From Comamonadaceae bacterium (lineage in GTDB: Bacteria; Pseudomonadota; Gammaproteobacteria; Burkholderiales; Burkholderiaceae_C), in NCBI GenBank assembly GCA_947451285.1, contig CANFYL010000002.1, positions 12,688 through 76,687 of the forward strand: 64,000 nucleotides of DNA. Reading direction: 5' to 3'. The notes under the pieces were generated by a model. That model saw nothing but the letters and a program-made list of their open reading frames with translations, had not been told where the DNA came from and did not search any database. Positions 23,549 to 34,110 of the stretch are shown here, piece after piece (within the stretch, counting starts at the first letter, position 1; every line of letters starts with the position of its first letter). Position numbers and translations under genes: made by a program.

Positions 23549-24072
23549 CCAACGATTTTCTTCAGTCCCAGCTTGTGGCGCTGGGCGTTGTCAATGTAGT
23601 GCTGCGCACTGCGGCGCAGTCCTGCGATTTGTTCAGGGGTGAGCTGGCGGACCACCTTGGCGGGGCTGCCCAAGATCATCGATCCATCAGGAAATTCTTT
23701 CCCCTCGGTCACCAACGAGCCAGCACCCACCAAACAGTTTTTGCCGATCTTGGCGCCGTTGAGCACGATGGCCCCGATTCCAATCAGCGATTCATCGCCA
23801 ATCGTGCACCCATGCAACTGCACCATGTGGCCAACAGTCACGTGCTTGCCTAGGGTCAAAGGCATGCCCACATCGGCATGCAGCACGCTACCGTCTTGCA
23901 CGTTACTGCCTTCACCGATGGTGATCTTGTCCGAATCCCCTCGCACCACGCTGCTGTACCAAACGCTGCTGTGCGGCTCCATCACAACGTCGCCCATCAC
24001 TTGCGCGTTGTCGGCCACCCAAGCCGAGTCAGCCACATGAGGCTTGATCGCATCCAATTCATAAACAGCCAT
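23545..24072 (-). CDS. Gamma carbonic anhydrase family protein
   Basis: Hexapeptide repeats; RGD, NVQDGSVLH, GHMVQLHGC. Confidence 0.9.
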   Translation of the reverse strand: MAVYELDAIKPHVADSAWVADNAQVMGDVVMEPHSSVWYSSVVRGDSDKITIGEGSNVQDGSVLHADVGMPLTLGKHVTVGHMVQLHGCTIGDESLIGIGAIVLNGAKIGKNCLVGAGSLVTEGKEFPDGSMILGSPAKVVRQLTPEQIAGLRRSAQHYIDNAQRHKLGLKKIVG

Positions 24073-24115
24073 GACACATCCTTTGCAAGTTTGGATAATT
24101 TCTACAATTGTAGGG

Positions 24116-24916
24116 ATGCAGCTCAGATCCCATGCCCTCCAAGCCCTTTGTTTGGCACACCCACGTGACAAAGTGGACGCCGTTCAGACCTTATGGAGAA
24201 ACTCCGACAGCTGGGAACTGGATGCAAGGCAGAGGATCGCAGCGCCCCTAGGAGACGTTCTGCCAGGGCGCCCGCCAGCACCGCGCCTGGTGGCGCCCAA
24301 ACAGGTGGTCACTCGTTCACCCTTCACGCCTCAAGGCTTGGCAGGTTTGATCCATGCGGTGTGCCATATCGAGTTCAACGCCATCAACCTCGCATTGGAT
24401 GCCGTATGGCGTTTCGAACATATGCCCGAGAACTTTTACACCGACTGGATGCGGGTAGCGTTTGAGGAGTCACAACACTTTGAACTGCTTCACACCTTGC
24501 TGAAAAGTTTGGGCTACCAGTACGGGGACTTTGATGCGCACGATGGCTTGTGGCAGATGTGCGAAAAAACAGCGGACGATGTGTTGGCCCGCATGGCCTT
24601 GGTGCCGCGCACCCTTGAGGCACGTGGACTCGACGCCACGCCCCTGATTCAAAGCAAGCTGCGCAAAGCCAACAGCCCTGGCGCTTTGCGTGCGGTGGAT
24701 GTGCTGGACGTGATCTTGCGCGACGAAGTCGGGCATGTGTCGATTGGCAACCACTGGTACCGCTGGTTGTGCGAACAACGCCGGCTGGATCCTGTCACGC
24801 TGTATAGCGAATTGGTGCTGCGCTACGAAGCACCTCGGCTCAAGCCACCGTTCAATAACGAAGCGCGAAAAAGAGCGGGCTTCACCGACACCGAGCTGAG
24901 TTACCTGCTGGATTGA
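24116..24916 (+). CDS. Ferritin-like domain protein (DUF455-type)
   Basis: HAVCHIEFNAINLALD, EESQH, LEARGLD, DEVGH. Confidence 0.88.
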   Translation: MQLRSHALQALCLAHPRDKVDAVQTLWRNSDSWELDARQRIAAPLGDVLPGRPPAPRLVAPKQVVTRSPFTPQGLAGLIHAVCHIEFNAINLALDAVWRFEHMPENFYTDWMRVAFEESQHFELLHTLLKSLGYQYGDFDAHDGLWQMCEKTADDVLARMALVPRTLEARGLDATPLIQSKLRKANSPGALRAVDVLDVILRDEVGHVSIGNHWYRWLCEQRRLDPVTLYSELVLRYEAPRLKPPFNNEARKRAGFTDTELSYLLD

Positions 24917-24928
24917 GCACGCCCAGTA

Positions 24929-25831
24929 TCAGCCACGCGGATGGTGCGCTGCATGCAAGGTTTTGAGACGCTCGCGTGCTATGTGTGTGTAGATGGTGGT
25001 GGTCGAAATGTCGGCATGGCCGAGCAAGAGCTGCACGGCGCGCAAATCGGCGCCGTGGTTGAGCAAATGGGTGGCAAACGCGTGGCGCAACGTGTGCGGC
25101 GATAACGGCACGTTCACGCCCGCAAACACGGCATAGCGTTTGATCAGTTGCCAAAACATCACGCGCGTCATGGCTTCGCCTGCATGCTGCCCACGCACGG
25201 TGACAAACAAAGCATTGGTCTGGTGCTGCTTGAGTAAAGCGGGGCGTGCTTGCGCCAAGTAGCGCTGCAGCCATTCGCGGGCTACTTCACCAAACGGCAC
25301 CAAGCGTTCTTTGCTGCCTTTGCCCATGACACGCAACACGCCTTCATTGAGCCCGACATGCAAGGTTTTGAGCCCCACCAATTCGCTCACACGCAAACCA
25401 CTGGCGTAGAGCAATTCCATCATGGCTCGGTCACGCACACCCAATGGCGTGTTCACATCGGGTGCGTTGAGCAAACTCTCGACATGGGCTTCGCTCAAAC
25501 TCTTGGGCACACGCAGCGGCTGCCTGGCCGCCAGCAGTTTGAGTGTGGGATCGACCATCACCAAGCGCTCACGCAAGGCCCAGCGGTAAAAACGCTTGAG
25601 CACCGTGAGACGGCGGTTGGCAGTGGTGGCTTTGGTCTGGCTGTGGCGTGCCGCAAAGTAGTCGTGCAAGTCACCCTCTTGAACCAGTAACAAGGTCAGG
25701 CTGCGGTCGTCCAGCCATTGAGACAATGCGTTCAAATCACGTCGGTAGGCGGCCAGAGAATTGGCCGCCAGGCCGTCCTCTAGCCACAAAGCATCGATGA
25801 AGATGTCAATCTGGGGATCTATGGCAGGCAC
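24929..25831 (-). CDS. xerD: Site-specific tyrosine recombinase XerD
   Basis: AYRRDL, YASGLRVSEL, GKGSKER, SPHTLRHAFATHLL, LLGHADISTTTIY, HHPRG end. Confidence 0.94.
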   Translation of the reverse strand: MPAIDPQIDIFIDALWLEDGLAANSLAAYRRDLNALSQWLDDRSLTLLLVQEGDLHDYFAARHSQTKATTANRRLTVLKRFYRWALRERLVMVDPTLKLLAARQPLRVPKSLSEAHVESLLNAPDVNTPLGVRDRAMMELLYASGLRVSELVGLKTLHVGLNEGVLRVMGKGSKERLVPFGEVAREWLQRYLAQARPALLKQHQTNALFVTVRGQHAGEAMTRVMFWQLIKRYAVFAGVNVPLSPHTLRHAFATHLLNHGADLRAVQLLLGHADISTTTIYTHIARERLKTLHAAHHPRG

Positions 25832-25861
25832 AGCCGTCCTCCCATCGGAGAAACGCCCAAG

Positions 25862-26824
25862 TTAATCGAGCGAGAGCTTTTGTTCCATCACCACACGCTT
25901 GTAGACCTCGTATTCAGCCTTCATCTGGGCCGCAAATTGTTCTGGGGAGTTGGCCACGATCAGTGAACCCGTGTCTTCAATGCGCTTGCGCACAGCGGAG
26001 TCCTCCAAGGCTTTTTTCACGCCAGCGCTGATTTTCTCCACGATTTCTTTGGGTAGGCCTTTGGGGCCGTAAATGCCGTAGTACGCCATGCGGTTCACCG
26101 GCTCTAAGCCCACTTCTTTGAATGTAGGCACGTTGGGCAACACGGCAAGTCGCTGAGGCGCTGCCACCACGATGGGCACCAAGCGGTTGTCTTTGATGAA
26201 GGGCAATGCCGAGGGCAAGTTATCAAAAATCATAGGCACTTGACCGGCCACGGTGTCGTTGAGCGCCGGGCCCGCACCACGGTAGGGAATGTGGGTAATG
26301 AAGGTGGTGCTGAGGTTTTTGTACAACTCCATTTGCAGGTGCCCAATGCCACCTGTTCCCGATGATGAGTAGGAATACTTTCCAGGAGAACGCTTGACTT
26401 CTGCAATGAAGCCTTTGTAATCCTTGGCTGGAAAACTCGGATGTACAGCAATAATGTTGGGCGTTGCGGCAATGTTGATGATGGGCGTGAAATCGGTCAA
26501 TGCGTTGTAGGGAATCTTGGTGTTGATGGCCGGGTTAGCCGCCGTAGTTGAAACTGTCGCAATTCCGAGCGAGTAGCCGTCGGGTGATGCTTTGGCTGTT
26601 TCATTGGCGCCCACCACCCCGCCGCCGCCTGCTTTGTTGACCACCACCACCGTCTGTCCAAGCACCTTCCCCAGAGGTTCCGAGATCACCCGAGCAATGA
26701 TGTCGGTGGTCCCGCCAGGTGCAAATGGCACTTGCAATTGAATAGGTCTGCTTGGATAAGCCTGCGCCATCACAGCAGAAGCTGTAAAACCAAGTAAAAG
26801 TGATAACCCATGACGATTTTGCAT
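25862..26824 (-). CDS. Bug-family tripartite tricarboxylate transporter substrate-binding protein
   Basis: Signal peptide; [31 protein letters not shown]. Confidence 0.92.
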   Translation of the reverse strand: MQNRHGLSLLLGFTASAVMAQAYPSRPIQLQVPFAPGGTTDIIARVISEPLGKVLGQTVVVVNKAGGGGVVGANETAKASPDGYSLGIATVSTTAANPAINTKIPYNALTDFTPIINIAATPNIIAVHPSFPAKDYKGFIAEVKRSPGKYSYSSSGTGGIGHLQMELYKNLSTTFITHIPYRGAGPALNDTVAGQVPMIFDNLPSALPFIKDNRLVPIVVAAPQRLAVLPNVPTFKEVGLEPVNRMAYYGIYGPKGLPKEIVEKISAGVKKALEDSAVRKRIEDTGSLIVANSPEQFAAQMKAEYEVYKRVVMEQKLSLD

Positions 26825-26914
26825 ACCAGTACTCCTTGAGCAATACCAAAACATAACTCTTATCCTATCCGCAACTGCGAAGGATATGCCTTTGAGAGAG
26901 GTTATTCTTAAAGG

Positions 26915-27820
26915 GTGAACTATGCGCAACTTCTCTTCCCTGATTTCTCATTGATTCTTTGCGGTTACCTGGTCTGCCGCTACACCGCACTCAACCGCAC
27001 CGTCTGGGAGCAGGTCGAGAGCTTGGTGTACTTTTTTCTATTCCCAGTCTTGTTGTTTCACTCCATCGTGCGCAGCCCGTTGGACTTGAATGCTGCCTCT
27101 CACCTGATCATGGCGGGCTTGGCCTTGGGTGTCGGCAGCATCGGTTTGTCTTATGCCCTGCCTTGGCTGCCGCTGATTGGACGTCACATGGACACACGGC
27201 TGCACGCGGCCAGTGCACAGGTGGGCTTTCGCTTCAACTCCTTTGTGGCGCTGGCTTTGGCCGACCGCATTGCGGGGCCTCAAGGCTTGCTGTTGATTGC
27301 GGTGTTGATTGGCGTCTGTGTGCCCCTCTTCAACATTGGTGCGATCTGGCCCATGGCAAGGCACGGGCAGCGGGGCTTTGTGCGCGAGCTGTCACGTAAC
27401 CCACTCGTCATCGCCACCGCCTCAGGACTGCTTGCAAACGTGGTGGGCTTGCAGATCCCCAGTTGGACCGAACCCACCCTGCAACGCATTGGCGCAGCCT
27501 CACTGGCCTTGGGACTGATGGCCGCAGGTGCGGGCATGCAATTCGCCACGCTGGCACAAGCCAAGACCTTAGGGCTCGCATTACTCGCGATTCGTCACTT
27601 GCTGACACCGCTCATGGCGTGGGGCTTGGCGAACTGGTTTGCGCTCGACGCCACCCAAACCAGCGTGTTGCTGGCCTTTTCAGCACTGCCCACGGCATCC
27701 AGTTGCTATGTGCTGGCAACGCGCATGGGCTACAACGGGGCCTTTGTGGCTGGACTGGTGACGCTGTCCACCCTGTTGGGCATGTTCAGCTTGCCGTTTG
27801 CCTTGGGAGTGTTACGCTGA
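26915..27820 (+). CDS. AEC family transporter
   Basis: Multi-TM; [32 protein letters not shown]. Confidence 0.85.
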   Translation: MNYAQLLFPDFSLILCGYLVCRYTALNRTVWEQVESLVYFFLFPVLLFHSIVRSPLDLNAASHLIMAGLALGVGSIGLSYALPWLPLIGRHMDTRLHAASAQVGFRFNSFVALALADRIAGPQGLLLIAVLIGVCVPLFNIGAIWPMARHGQRGFVRELSRNPLVIATASGLLANVVGLQIPSWTEPTLQRIGAASLALGLMAAGAGMQFATLAQAKTLGLALLAIRHLLTPLMAWGLANWFALDATQTSVLLAFSALPTASSCYVLATRMGYNGAFVAGLVTLSTLLGMFSLPFALGVLR

Positions 27821-27853
27821 AACTGCTGTCTTTTGTGGCACAATATCCCGTTT

Positions 27854-27893
27854 TGCGGAAAGTGCGTTGAAATAGGTTGACGTGGCTACCGCA
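27854..27893 (+). promoter_or_regulatory. Candidate structured leader of rpmE2
   Basis: UGCGG/CCGCA, AGU/GCU and GCGUUGA/UUGACGU nested pairings downstream of TGnCACAAT. Confidence 0.4.
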
Positions 27894-27909
27894 GCTGACA
27901 AGGAAGATC

Positions 27910-28167
27910 ATGAAAGAAGGCATTCACCCCAACTACCGCGAAGTTTGCTTCGTGGACATGTCCAACGGTTTCAAGTTTGTGACCCGTTCGTGCGCCAACA
28001 CCAAAGAAATGGTGAAAATGGACGATGGCCGCGAGCTGCCCTTGTTCAAACTGGATACCACCAGCGAATCACATCCCTTCTACACAGGTACACAGAAATC
28101 TGTGGACAACATGGGTGGTCGCGTGGAACGTTTCCGCAACAAGTACGGCAAGACTGCCGCCAAGTAA
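27910..28167 (+). CDS. rpmE2: 50S ribosomal protein L31 type B
   Basis: MKEGIHPNYREV, SHPFYTG, GRVERF; 85 aa; no CxxC zinc ribbon. Confidence 0.94.
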   Translation: MKEGIHPNYREVCFVDMSNGFKFVTRSCANTKEMVKMDDGRELPLFKLDTTSESHPFYTGTQKSVDNMGGRVERFRNKYGKTAAK

Positions 28168-28187
28168 GCTACGCGCTCACTTCCAAG

Positions 28188-28218
28188 AAGGCAGCCCGAC
28201 AAGGTGCTGCCTTTTTTT
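28188..28218 (+). terminator. Intrinsic terminator after rpmE2
   Basis: AAGGCAGC...GCTGCC stem followed by T7. Confidence 0.75.
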
Positions 28219-29946
28219 ATGACCGAAACCACCCCCGCCATCGTTGCCCAACACGCCGTTCGCCGCTTGCCGCGCGTGGCCATGTGGCTCTTTTGCTTGG
28301 CGTTTGTGGTGCCAGGCTTGTTTGGTCGCGAGCCTTGGAAAGGCAACGAAATCACAGCCTTTGGCCAAATGCTGGCTTTGGTCGATGGCACCAGCAGTTG
28401 GCTCACCCCCATGCTGTGGGGTCAGGCTCCGGATCTGGATGCCTTGCTGCCCTATTGGCTCGGCGCATGGGCCATCCAAATGGCCCCGCATGGCATGTCC
28501 GCAGCGCTGGCTGTGCGCATTCCTTTTGCCATGCTGCTGGGCTTGACCATGGCCGCCACTTGGCACGGCGCCTACTACCTGGCGCTCAGTCCGCAAGCCC
28601 AACCTGTGGCTTTTGCCTTCGGGGGTGAAGCCCAACCCAAAGATTACGCCCGCACCATGGCCGACGGGGCTTTGCTGGCCTTGATCGCCTGTCTTGGCCT
28701 GGCGCAGTTGTCACACGAAGCCAGCCCTATCTTGGCGCAATTGGCTTTTGTCAGTTGTGCGTTTTATGGTGTGGCCGCCCTGCCCTACCACCCGCGTTAC
28801 AGCTTGGTCGCCCTGGGACTGGGCCTGTCAGGTCTCTCCTTGAGTGGCGCGCCCAGCTTTGCTGTGCTGATGGCCGCAGGCAGCGGCCTGTTGTGCTTGC
28901 TGGATCTGGAGAGCACATCGGCCACAACAGGACGCCGTCATGCCGTGTGGCTGGTGGGCATGGGCCTGGCCGTGGCATGCATTGCCAGTGCTTTGGACGT
29001 CTGGCAATGGCGTCTGCAAACCCCGCACAACAACTGGTCTGAGTGGCGCAGTTTGTTGCGCTTGTTGGCTTGGTTCACCTGGCCTGTCTGGCCACTGGCC
29101 TTGTGGACACTGTGGCGTTGGCGTAGCCATTGGACGTCGTTGCACTGGAGCCGCCATGTGGTGCAGCCTATGTGGTTTGCCGCCCTGACCGTGGTGACCG
29201 CATTGTTCACGCCTTCTGCGGACCGCACGCTGCTGCTGGCACTCCCCCCTCTGGCCACCCTGGCCGCGTTTGCCTTGCCTACCTTGCGACGCAGTGTGAG
29301 CGCATTCATTGACTGGTTCACACTGCTGTTCTTCTCTGGTTGTGCCTTGGTCATTTGGGTGGTGTGGATTGCCATGCAAACAGGATGGCCCGCGCAACCT
29401 GCTGCCAACGTGGCACGCCTGGCACCTGGCTTTGTGCCAAGCTTTGGTGTGCTGGCCTGTGTTATGGCCGTCTTGGCCACCCTGGCCTGGGCCTGGTTGG
29501 TGCTGTGGCGGGTTGGCAAACACCGCCATGCCTTGTGGAAAAGCGTGGTGTTGCCAGCCGGCGGTGCGGCCTTGTGCTGGCTGCTGCTGATGACCTTGTG
29601 GTTGCCCTTGCTTGACTTTGCCCGCAGCTACAAACCCTGGGTGGCACAAATTCAAACCGTGATGGCGCGTGTCAGCAGCACGGCGCCGAACTGTCTGATG
29701 GCCTACGGGCTGGATGCGGGTCAAATGACGGCCTTTCGCTACCACGGTGGCTTTGAGATCAAACCCCTAGATAGCAGCTCACGCCCACAACACGCCAGTT
29801 GCGAGTGGCTGCTGGTCGACAACGATTTGCGCCCTGGCTTGACGAAGGTGGTCAAACTCAGCGAATGGATACGAATTCAAACCATACGTCGTCCGTCTGA
29901 CAACGACGAAGACGTGATCCTCTTTCACCGCCAACGTCAGCCATGA
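28219..29946 (+). CDS. ArnT/PMT-like membrane glycosyltransferase (GT-C fold)
   Basis: Polytopic Trp-rich membrane protein; N-terminal REPWK-x-E and WLTP; AWFTWPVWP; RSY. Confidence 0.7.
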   Translation: MTETTPAIVAQHAVRRLPRVAMWLFCLAFVVPGLFGREPWKGNEITAFGQMLALVDGTSSWLTPMLWGQAPDLDALLPYWLGAWAIQMAPHGMSAALAVRIPFAMLLGLTMAATWHGAYYLALSPQAQPVAFAFGGEAQPKDYARTMADGALLALIACLGLAQLSHEASPILAQLAFVSCAFYGVAALPYHPRYSLVALGLGLSGLSLSGAPSFAVLMAAGSGLLCLLDLESTSATTGRRHAVWLVGMGLAVACIASALDVWQWRLQTPHNNWSEWRSLLRLLAWFTWPVWPLALWTLWRWRSHWTSLHWSRHVVQPMWFAALTVVTALFTPSADRTLLLALPPLATLAAFALPTLRRSVSAFIDWFTLLFFSGCALVIWVVWIAMQTGWPAQPAANVARLAPGFVPSFGVLACVMAVLATLAWAWLVLWRVGKHRHALWKSVVLPAGGAALCWLLLMTLWLPLLDFARSYKPWVAQIQTVMARVSSTAPNCLMAYGLDAGQMTAFRYHGGFEIKPLDSSSRPQHASCEWLLVDNDLRPGLTKVVKLSEWIRIQTIRRPSDNDEDVILFHRQRQP

Positions 29947-31328
29947 GTCGCTGCGAAGGTAGCACCATCGTGCGTCACGCCAGCACGGTGCTGGTTGGGC
30001 AATTGGCAGTGATAGCCTTTGGTATTACCGATACCTTGGTGGCCGGACGTTTTGCCGACACGGCATTAGCAGCTTTGTCGGTAGGCTCGGCGACTTACAT
30101 CTCAGTCCATATTTCACTCATGGGAATATTGCAAGCCTTGTTGCCGATTTGGGCTGAACTACATGGCGCAGGTCGTCAAACTGCTGTCGGACGGTCGCTG
30201 CGACAGGCACTCTACCTTTGCGTCATCACCATCGCAGTTGGCATGGCGATTTTGCTTTTCCCAGAACCCATACTGAATTGGACACAGGTGCCTGCTGAGC
30301 TGCAAGCCGAAGTGCGCGAGTACCTGTCTATCGTGGCTTTGGGCTTGCCCGCTTCACTGCTGTTTCGAATGTATGGCACGCTGAATCAAAGCTTGGGCAA
30401 ACCCAAGCTGGTCACCTGGGTACAAGTAGGTGCGTTGTTCGTCAAAGTCCCGCTCTCCATTCTGTTGGTCATGGGTATACCTGGCTGGCTTGAACCCATG
30501 GGCTTGGCGGGTTGTGCCTGGGCCACCCTGTTGGTCAATTACCTGATGCTGGGCTTAGCTCTGTGGCTGCTCAAAACGCAAGATTTCTATCACCCCTATC
30601 GCATCTGGTCTAGCCTTGAGCGCCCCGATTGGACTCAACTCAAGCGCTTTGTTCAACTGGGACTGCCCAGTGGTTTGGCGATTGGGGTGGAGGTGACCTC
30701 TTTCACATTGATGTCATTATTCATTTCACGTCTGGGTGTGGTGGCCACCGCAGGCCACCAAATCGCCAGCAATATGGCCGCAGTTCTTTACATGGTGCCG
30801 CTTGCGTTGTCAATTGCCAGTAGCGCACGAGTGAGCTTCTGGTTGGGTGCAGGAGACGTCCAACGCGCACGTCGAGCATTACGAGCAGGCCTGGTGTGGG
30901 TGATTGGCATGGCGTGTTTGTTGGCCACCCTGATCGGCTGGCATCGCGAAGCCATAGCCGCTTTCTACACGGCGTCCCCACAAGTGGCCACACTGGCCTG
31001 TAACTTGTTGATGTGGATAGCGTTGTACCACTTGGCTGATTCAGTACAGGTCTTTTGCGTCTTTACATTACGCAGCTATGGCATCACAGTGCTGCCTTTG
31101 ATGACCTACACATTTGTATTGTGGGGTTTGGGCTTGGCAGGTGGTTATGCCGTGGCCTATTCGGAGTTCCAATTCCCAACATTCTCTGGCTTGGTCAAAG
31201 GTTCGCCAATTTCTTTTTGGCAAACCAGTAGCATCGCACTTTGTTTGACAGCGGCTGTCTTATTGACCGTGTTGTGGCGGGCGGCCTATAGTTTTAATCA
31301 ACCGAGCGGACAAGCATCTTTCAGTTAG
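29943..31328 (+). CDS. MATE family efflux transporter (NorM-like)
   Basis: GITDTLVAG, LGLPSGLAIGVEV, AGHQIA, two-fold 12-TM pattern; ATGA overlap with upstream gene. Confidence 0.9.
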   Translation: MSRCEGSTIVRHASTVLVGQLAVIAFGITDTLVAGRFADTALAALSVGSATYISVHISLMGILQALLPIWAELHGAGRQTAVGRSLRQALYLCVITIAVGMAILLFPEPILNWTQVPAELQAEVREYLSIVALGLPASLLFRMYGTLNQSLGKPKLVTWVQVGALFVKVPLSILLVMGIPGWLEPMGLAGCAWATLLVNYLMLGLALWLLKTQDFYHPYRIWSSLERPDWTQLKRFVQLGLPSGLAIGVEVTSFTLMSLFISRLGVVATAGHQIASNMAAVLYMVPLALSIASSARVSFWLGAGDVQRARRALRAGLVWVIGMACLLATLIGWHREAIAAFYTASPQVATLACNLLMWIALYHLADSVQVFCVFTLRSYGITVLPLMTYTFVLWGLGLAGGYAVAYSEFQFPTFSGLVKGSPISFWQTSSIALCLTAAVLLTVLWRAAYSFNQPSGQASFS

Positions 31329-32673
31329 CGTGCTCACGCCAGCGAGCAGTAGGCAGAGTCAGGGTAAAGCATGAGCCTTGACCAAGCACACTATGAATGG
31401 ACAACTGACCATCATGGCGTTGCATCACATGCTTCACAATCGCCAAACCTAAACCGGTCCCCCCAGATTCACGCGATCTGCTTCGGTCGACACGATAAAA
31501 ACGTTCAGTTAGGCGCGGCAAATGTTCGGCGGCAATGCCAGGTCCTGTATCTTTTATTTTCAACTGCAAGTGTCCGTTGGAAATGACCTCAGCCGTTACC
31601 TCAATGCGCCCTCCTGCTGGGGTGTATCGCACCGCATTGCTGACCAAGTTAGAAAGCGCACTTTGCAGTTCACGCGCCTCGCCAAGAATGACAGCATGAG
31701 ACAAACTTCTATCTGTGGAAAACTTCACATTTTGTGGCGTGTCAATTCCATCAAGCAAAGCAGATAAGGCTAGGGCTTCTTGCTGACAGACCGCCATGAG
31801 TTGAGACAAAGGCAAACTTGCTTGATAACCAGGGCTTGGGCTCCCCTCAAGTCTAGACAAGGTCAACAAGTCTTCCACCAAGCTTTGCATTCGATGGGCT
31901 TGAGTCGACATTAAACCTAAATAACGATGCTGCTCTTCGAGGGTCAAAGGCAAAGATTGCAAGGTTTCTACAAAACCTGATAAGACCGTCAAGGGGGTAC
32001 GAATTTCATGGGAAACGTTGGCCACAAAGTCACGACGCATGGCTTCAGCCTGCTCCAAAGCTGTGACGTCACGCGTGATCAAAAGCTGCTTACCTTCACC
32101 ATATCGATGGCGTTGTAGTGAAATTCGCACAGGATGCCCTTCTCGGTCATCACGTCCAGCAATCACCACCGCATCCATAGTTTCGGAGGCATTCATATAC
32201 GCAGTGAACGTAGGGTCGCGGACCAAATTGCCAATTCGTTGCATCAAATCACGCTCGATATTGATACCCAATTGTTTAGCAGCAGTTTGGTTACACCATT
32301 CGATCTGGCTTTGATCGTCCAACAGCATGACACCATTAGGAGAGGCTTGGATGGCTAACAAAAAGTCATTCAAACGTTGGTCGCTCAGCAACAGCGCACG
32401 CTCACGATCACGAAGCAAGCGTCGCGTGCGGTCAACCACCTCACCCCACAAGCCAATGGTTTGAGGCGCCAAGCTCAAGTCACCTTGACGCAACCAAGAC
32501 ACCACACGAAAACCTCGCAAAGCGTCGAGCACCCACCACAACAAACCCGCTAGTAATGAGCCACTGAGCAAAGAAGCCCAAGCGGTAATTGCCGATTTCG
32601 CTCCACCCCAGAAATAACCCAGAGCTGCACCGAATGAGAGAAGAGACAGAAGACTGAAGAAACGCCAGAACAC
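31321..32673 (-). CDS. phoR: Phosphate regulon sensor kinase PhoR
   Basis: PAS domain; RRDFVANVSHEIRTPL; NLVSNAVRY; DTGPGI; GGTGLGL. Confidence 0.94.
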   Translation of the reverse strand: MFWRFFSLLSLLSFGAALGYFWGGAKSAITAWASLLSGSLLAGLLWWVLDALRGFRVVSWLRQGDLSLAPQTIGLWGEVVDRTRRLLRDRERALLLSDQRLNDFLLAIQASPNGVMLLDDQSQIEWCNQTAAKQLGINIERDLMQRIGNLVRDPTFTAYMNASETMDAVVIAGRDDREGHPVRISLQRHRYGEGKQLLITRDVTALEQAEAMRRDFVANVSHEIRTPLTVLSGFVETLQSLPLTLEEQHRYLGLMSTQAHRMQSLVEDLLTLSRLEGSPSPGYQASLPLSQLMAVCQQEALALSALLDGIDTPQNVKFSTDRSLSHAVILGEARELQSALSNLVSNAVRYTPAGGRIEVTAEVISNGHLQLKIKDTGPGIAAEHLPRLTERFYRVDRSRSRESGGTGLGLAIVKHVMQRHDGQLSIHSVLGQGSCFTLTLPTARWREHAN

Positions 32674-32694
32674 AAAAACCCCTTGAAAGACCCT

Positions 32695-33381
32695 TCAGGT
32701 CTTGGCAGTGATTCTGTATCCTACGCCACGCACAGTTTCCACCATGGATCCAGCCTCTCCCAACGCCTCGCGCAAGCGTTTGACATGGACATCGACCGTT
32801 CGCTCTTCTATGAACACATGGTCACCCCAAACACGGTCAAGTAGCTGGCTGCGACTGTGAACACGTTCTGCATGATGCATCAGATAGTTCAACAGTTTGA
32901 ATTCCGTTGGTCCCAACTTGAGTGTTTGATCTTGGTAATTCACCCGGTGTGTTGCACCATCTAATTGCAAATTTCCAAGCGTCACCAAATCGCTAGCTTG
33001 CTCAGGCGCACGTCGACGTAAAACTGCGCGAATACGTGCCAACAACTCTTGAGTCGAAAACGGTTTGGTAATGTAGTCATCAGCGCCCGCATCAAGACCA
33101 GCCACTTTGTCGGGCTCATCACCCCGAGCCGTCAGCATCAAAATTGGTGTAACTTTGGTCCTTGGGTCAGCACGCCAGCGCTTGGCCAATACAAGACCGC
33201 TTTGACCAGGCAACATCCAATCAAGCAAGATAACGTCTGGAAGTACGTCATCAATGGCATGCTGAGCTGCATCACCGTCGGCCGCCAGCACAGCTAACAT
33301 TCCGTTGTGGCGCAAATTCACAGCAATCAGCTCAGCGATAGCTGGCTCATCTTCAACTACCAAAACTCTGGCCATTTTCAT
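32695..33381 (-). CDS. phoB: Phosphate regulon response regulator PhoB
   Basis: VEDE, LLDWMLPG, GPTEFKLL, VWGDHVFIEERTVDVH, TVRGVGYR. Confidence 0.95.
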   Translation of the reverse strand: MKMARVLVVEDEPAIAELIAVNLRHNGMLAVLAADGDAAQHAIDDVLPDVILLDWMLPGQSGLVLAKRWRADPRTKVTPILMLTARGDEPDKVAGLDAGADDYITKPFSTQELLARIRAVLRRRAPEQASDLVTLGNLQLDGATHRVNYQDQTLKLGPTEFKLLNYLMHHAERVHSRSQLLDRVWGDHVFIEERTVDVHVKRLREALGEAGSMVETVRGVGYRITAKT

Positions 33382-33396
33382 GCTGCAATCACCCAA

Positions 33397-34098
33397 TTAA
33401 CCCATAGAGGATTCAACATCAGCCAACGGCGTGTGACGCACGTCTTCACCTTTGACGATATAGATGATGAATTCAGCAATATTTTTAGCATGGTCGCCAA
33501 TACGCTCGATTGCTTTAGCAATGAACAGCAAGTCTAAACTAGCAGAAATCGTGCGGGGGTCTTCCATCATGTAGGTGATGAGTTTTCTTACAAAGCCATC
33601 GAATTCCTTGTCGATTTCGTTGTCTTCGCGCAATATGCTAACGGCCATTGGGATATCTAAGCGAGCAAATGCATCAAGAGCCTTACGCAAAAGCCCTGAA
33701 GCCATCTCTGCAGAGACACGTAACTCTGAGGAGGGTAATGAACGAGGAGCGGCGCTCTCAATGATGGATTTCACCATACGAGCAATTTTGGCGGCCTCAT
33801 CACCTACGCGCTCAAGGTTAGCCGTTGTTTTTGACATAGCCATCAGCAACCGCAAATCTCTTGCCGTAGGTTGACGGCGACCAATCACAGAAGCGATTTC
33901 TCGGTCAATTTCGACTTCTAAGCTATTAACTTTGTTTTCGGTGACCAAAACATCATCTGCCGCTTCAGGGCTGAATTGGGACAAGGCGAAAATTGCTTGA
34001 CGAATTTGCGACTCAACCAATCCACCCAAAGCCATCACGTGAGAAGAAATGTTATTGAGGTCGGTATCAAACTGTGAGGATAGGTGTTTATCTGGCAT
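33397..34098 (-). CDS. phoU: Phosphate signalling protein PhoU
   Basis: HLSSQFD, QPTARDLR, LERVGD, IERIGDHAKNIAE. Confidence 0.95.
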   Translation of the reverse strand: MPDKHLSSQFDTDLNNISSHVMALGGLVESQIRQAIFALSQFSPEAADDVLVTENKVNSLEVEIDREIASVIGRRQPTARDLRLLMAMSKTTANLERVGDEAAKIARMVKSIIESAAPRSLPSSELRVSAEMASGLLRKALDAFARLDIPMAVSILREDNEIDKEFDGFVRKLITYMMEDPRTISASLDLLFIAKAIERIGDHAKNIAEFIIYIVKGEDVRHTPLADVESSMG

Positions 34099-34110
34099 GT
34101 TGTTCTCCAA

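Noticed and set aside
24929-25831. Tyrosine recombinase as a phage or island integrase
   Set aside because: Sequence has chromosomal XerD hallmarks; no att repeats, tRNA target or cargo nearby, and no dif site seen
27882-28628. 248-aa ORF overlapping rpmE2 and the ArnT-like gene
   Set aside because: An alternative frame running through two better-supported genes and a terminator; low-information composition
28828-29745. 305-aa Gln/His/Gly-rich minus-strand ORF
   Set aside because: Reverse-complement shadow of Leu/Val/Trp codons in the ArnT-like gene
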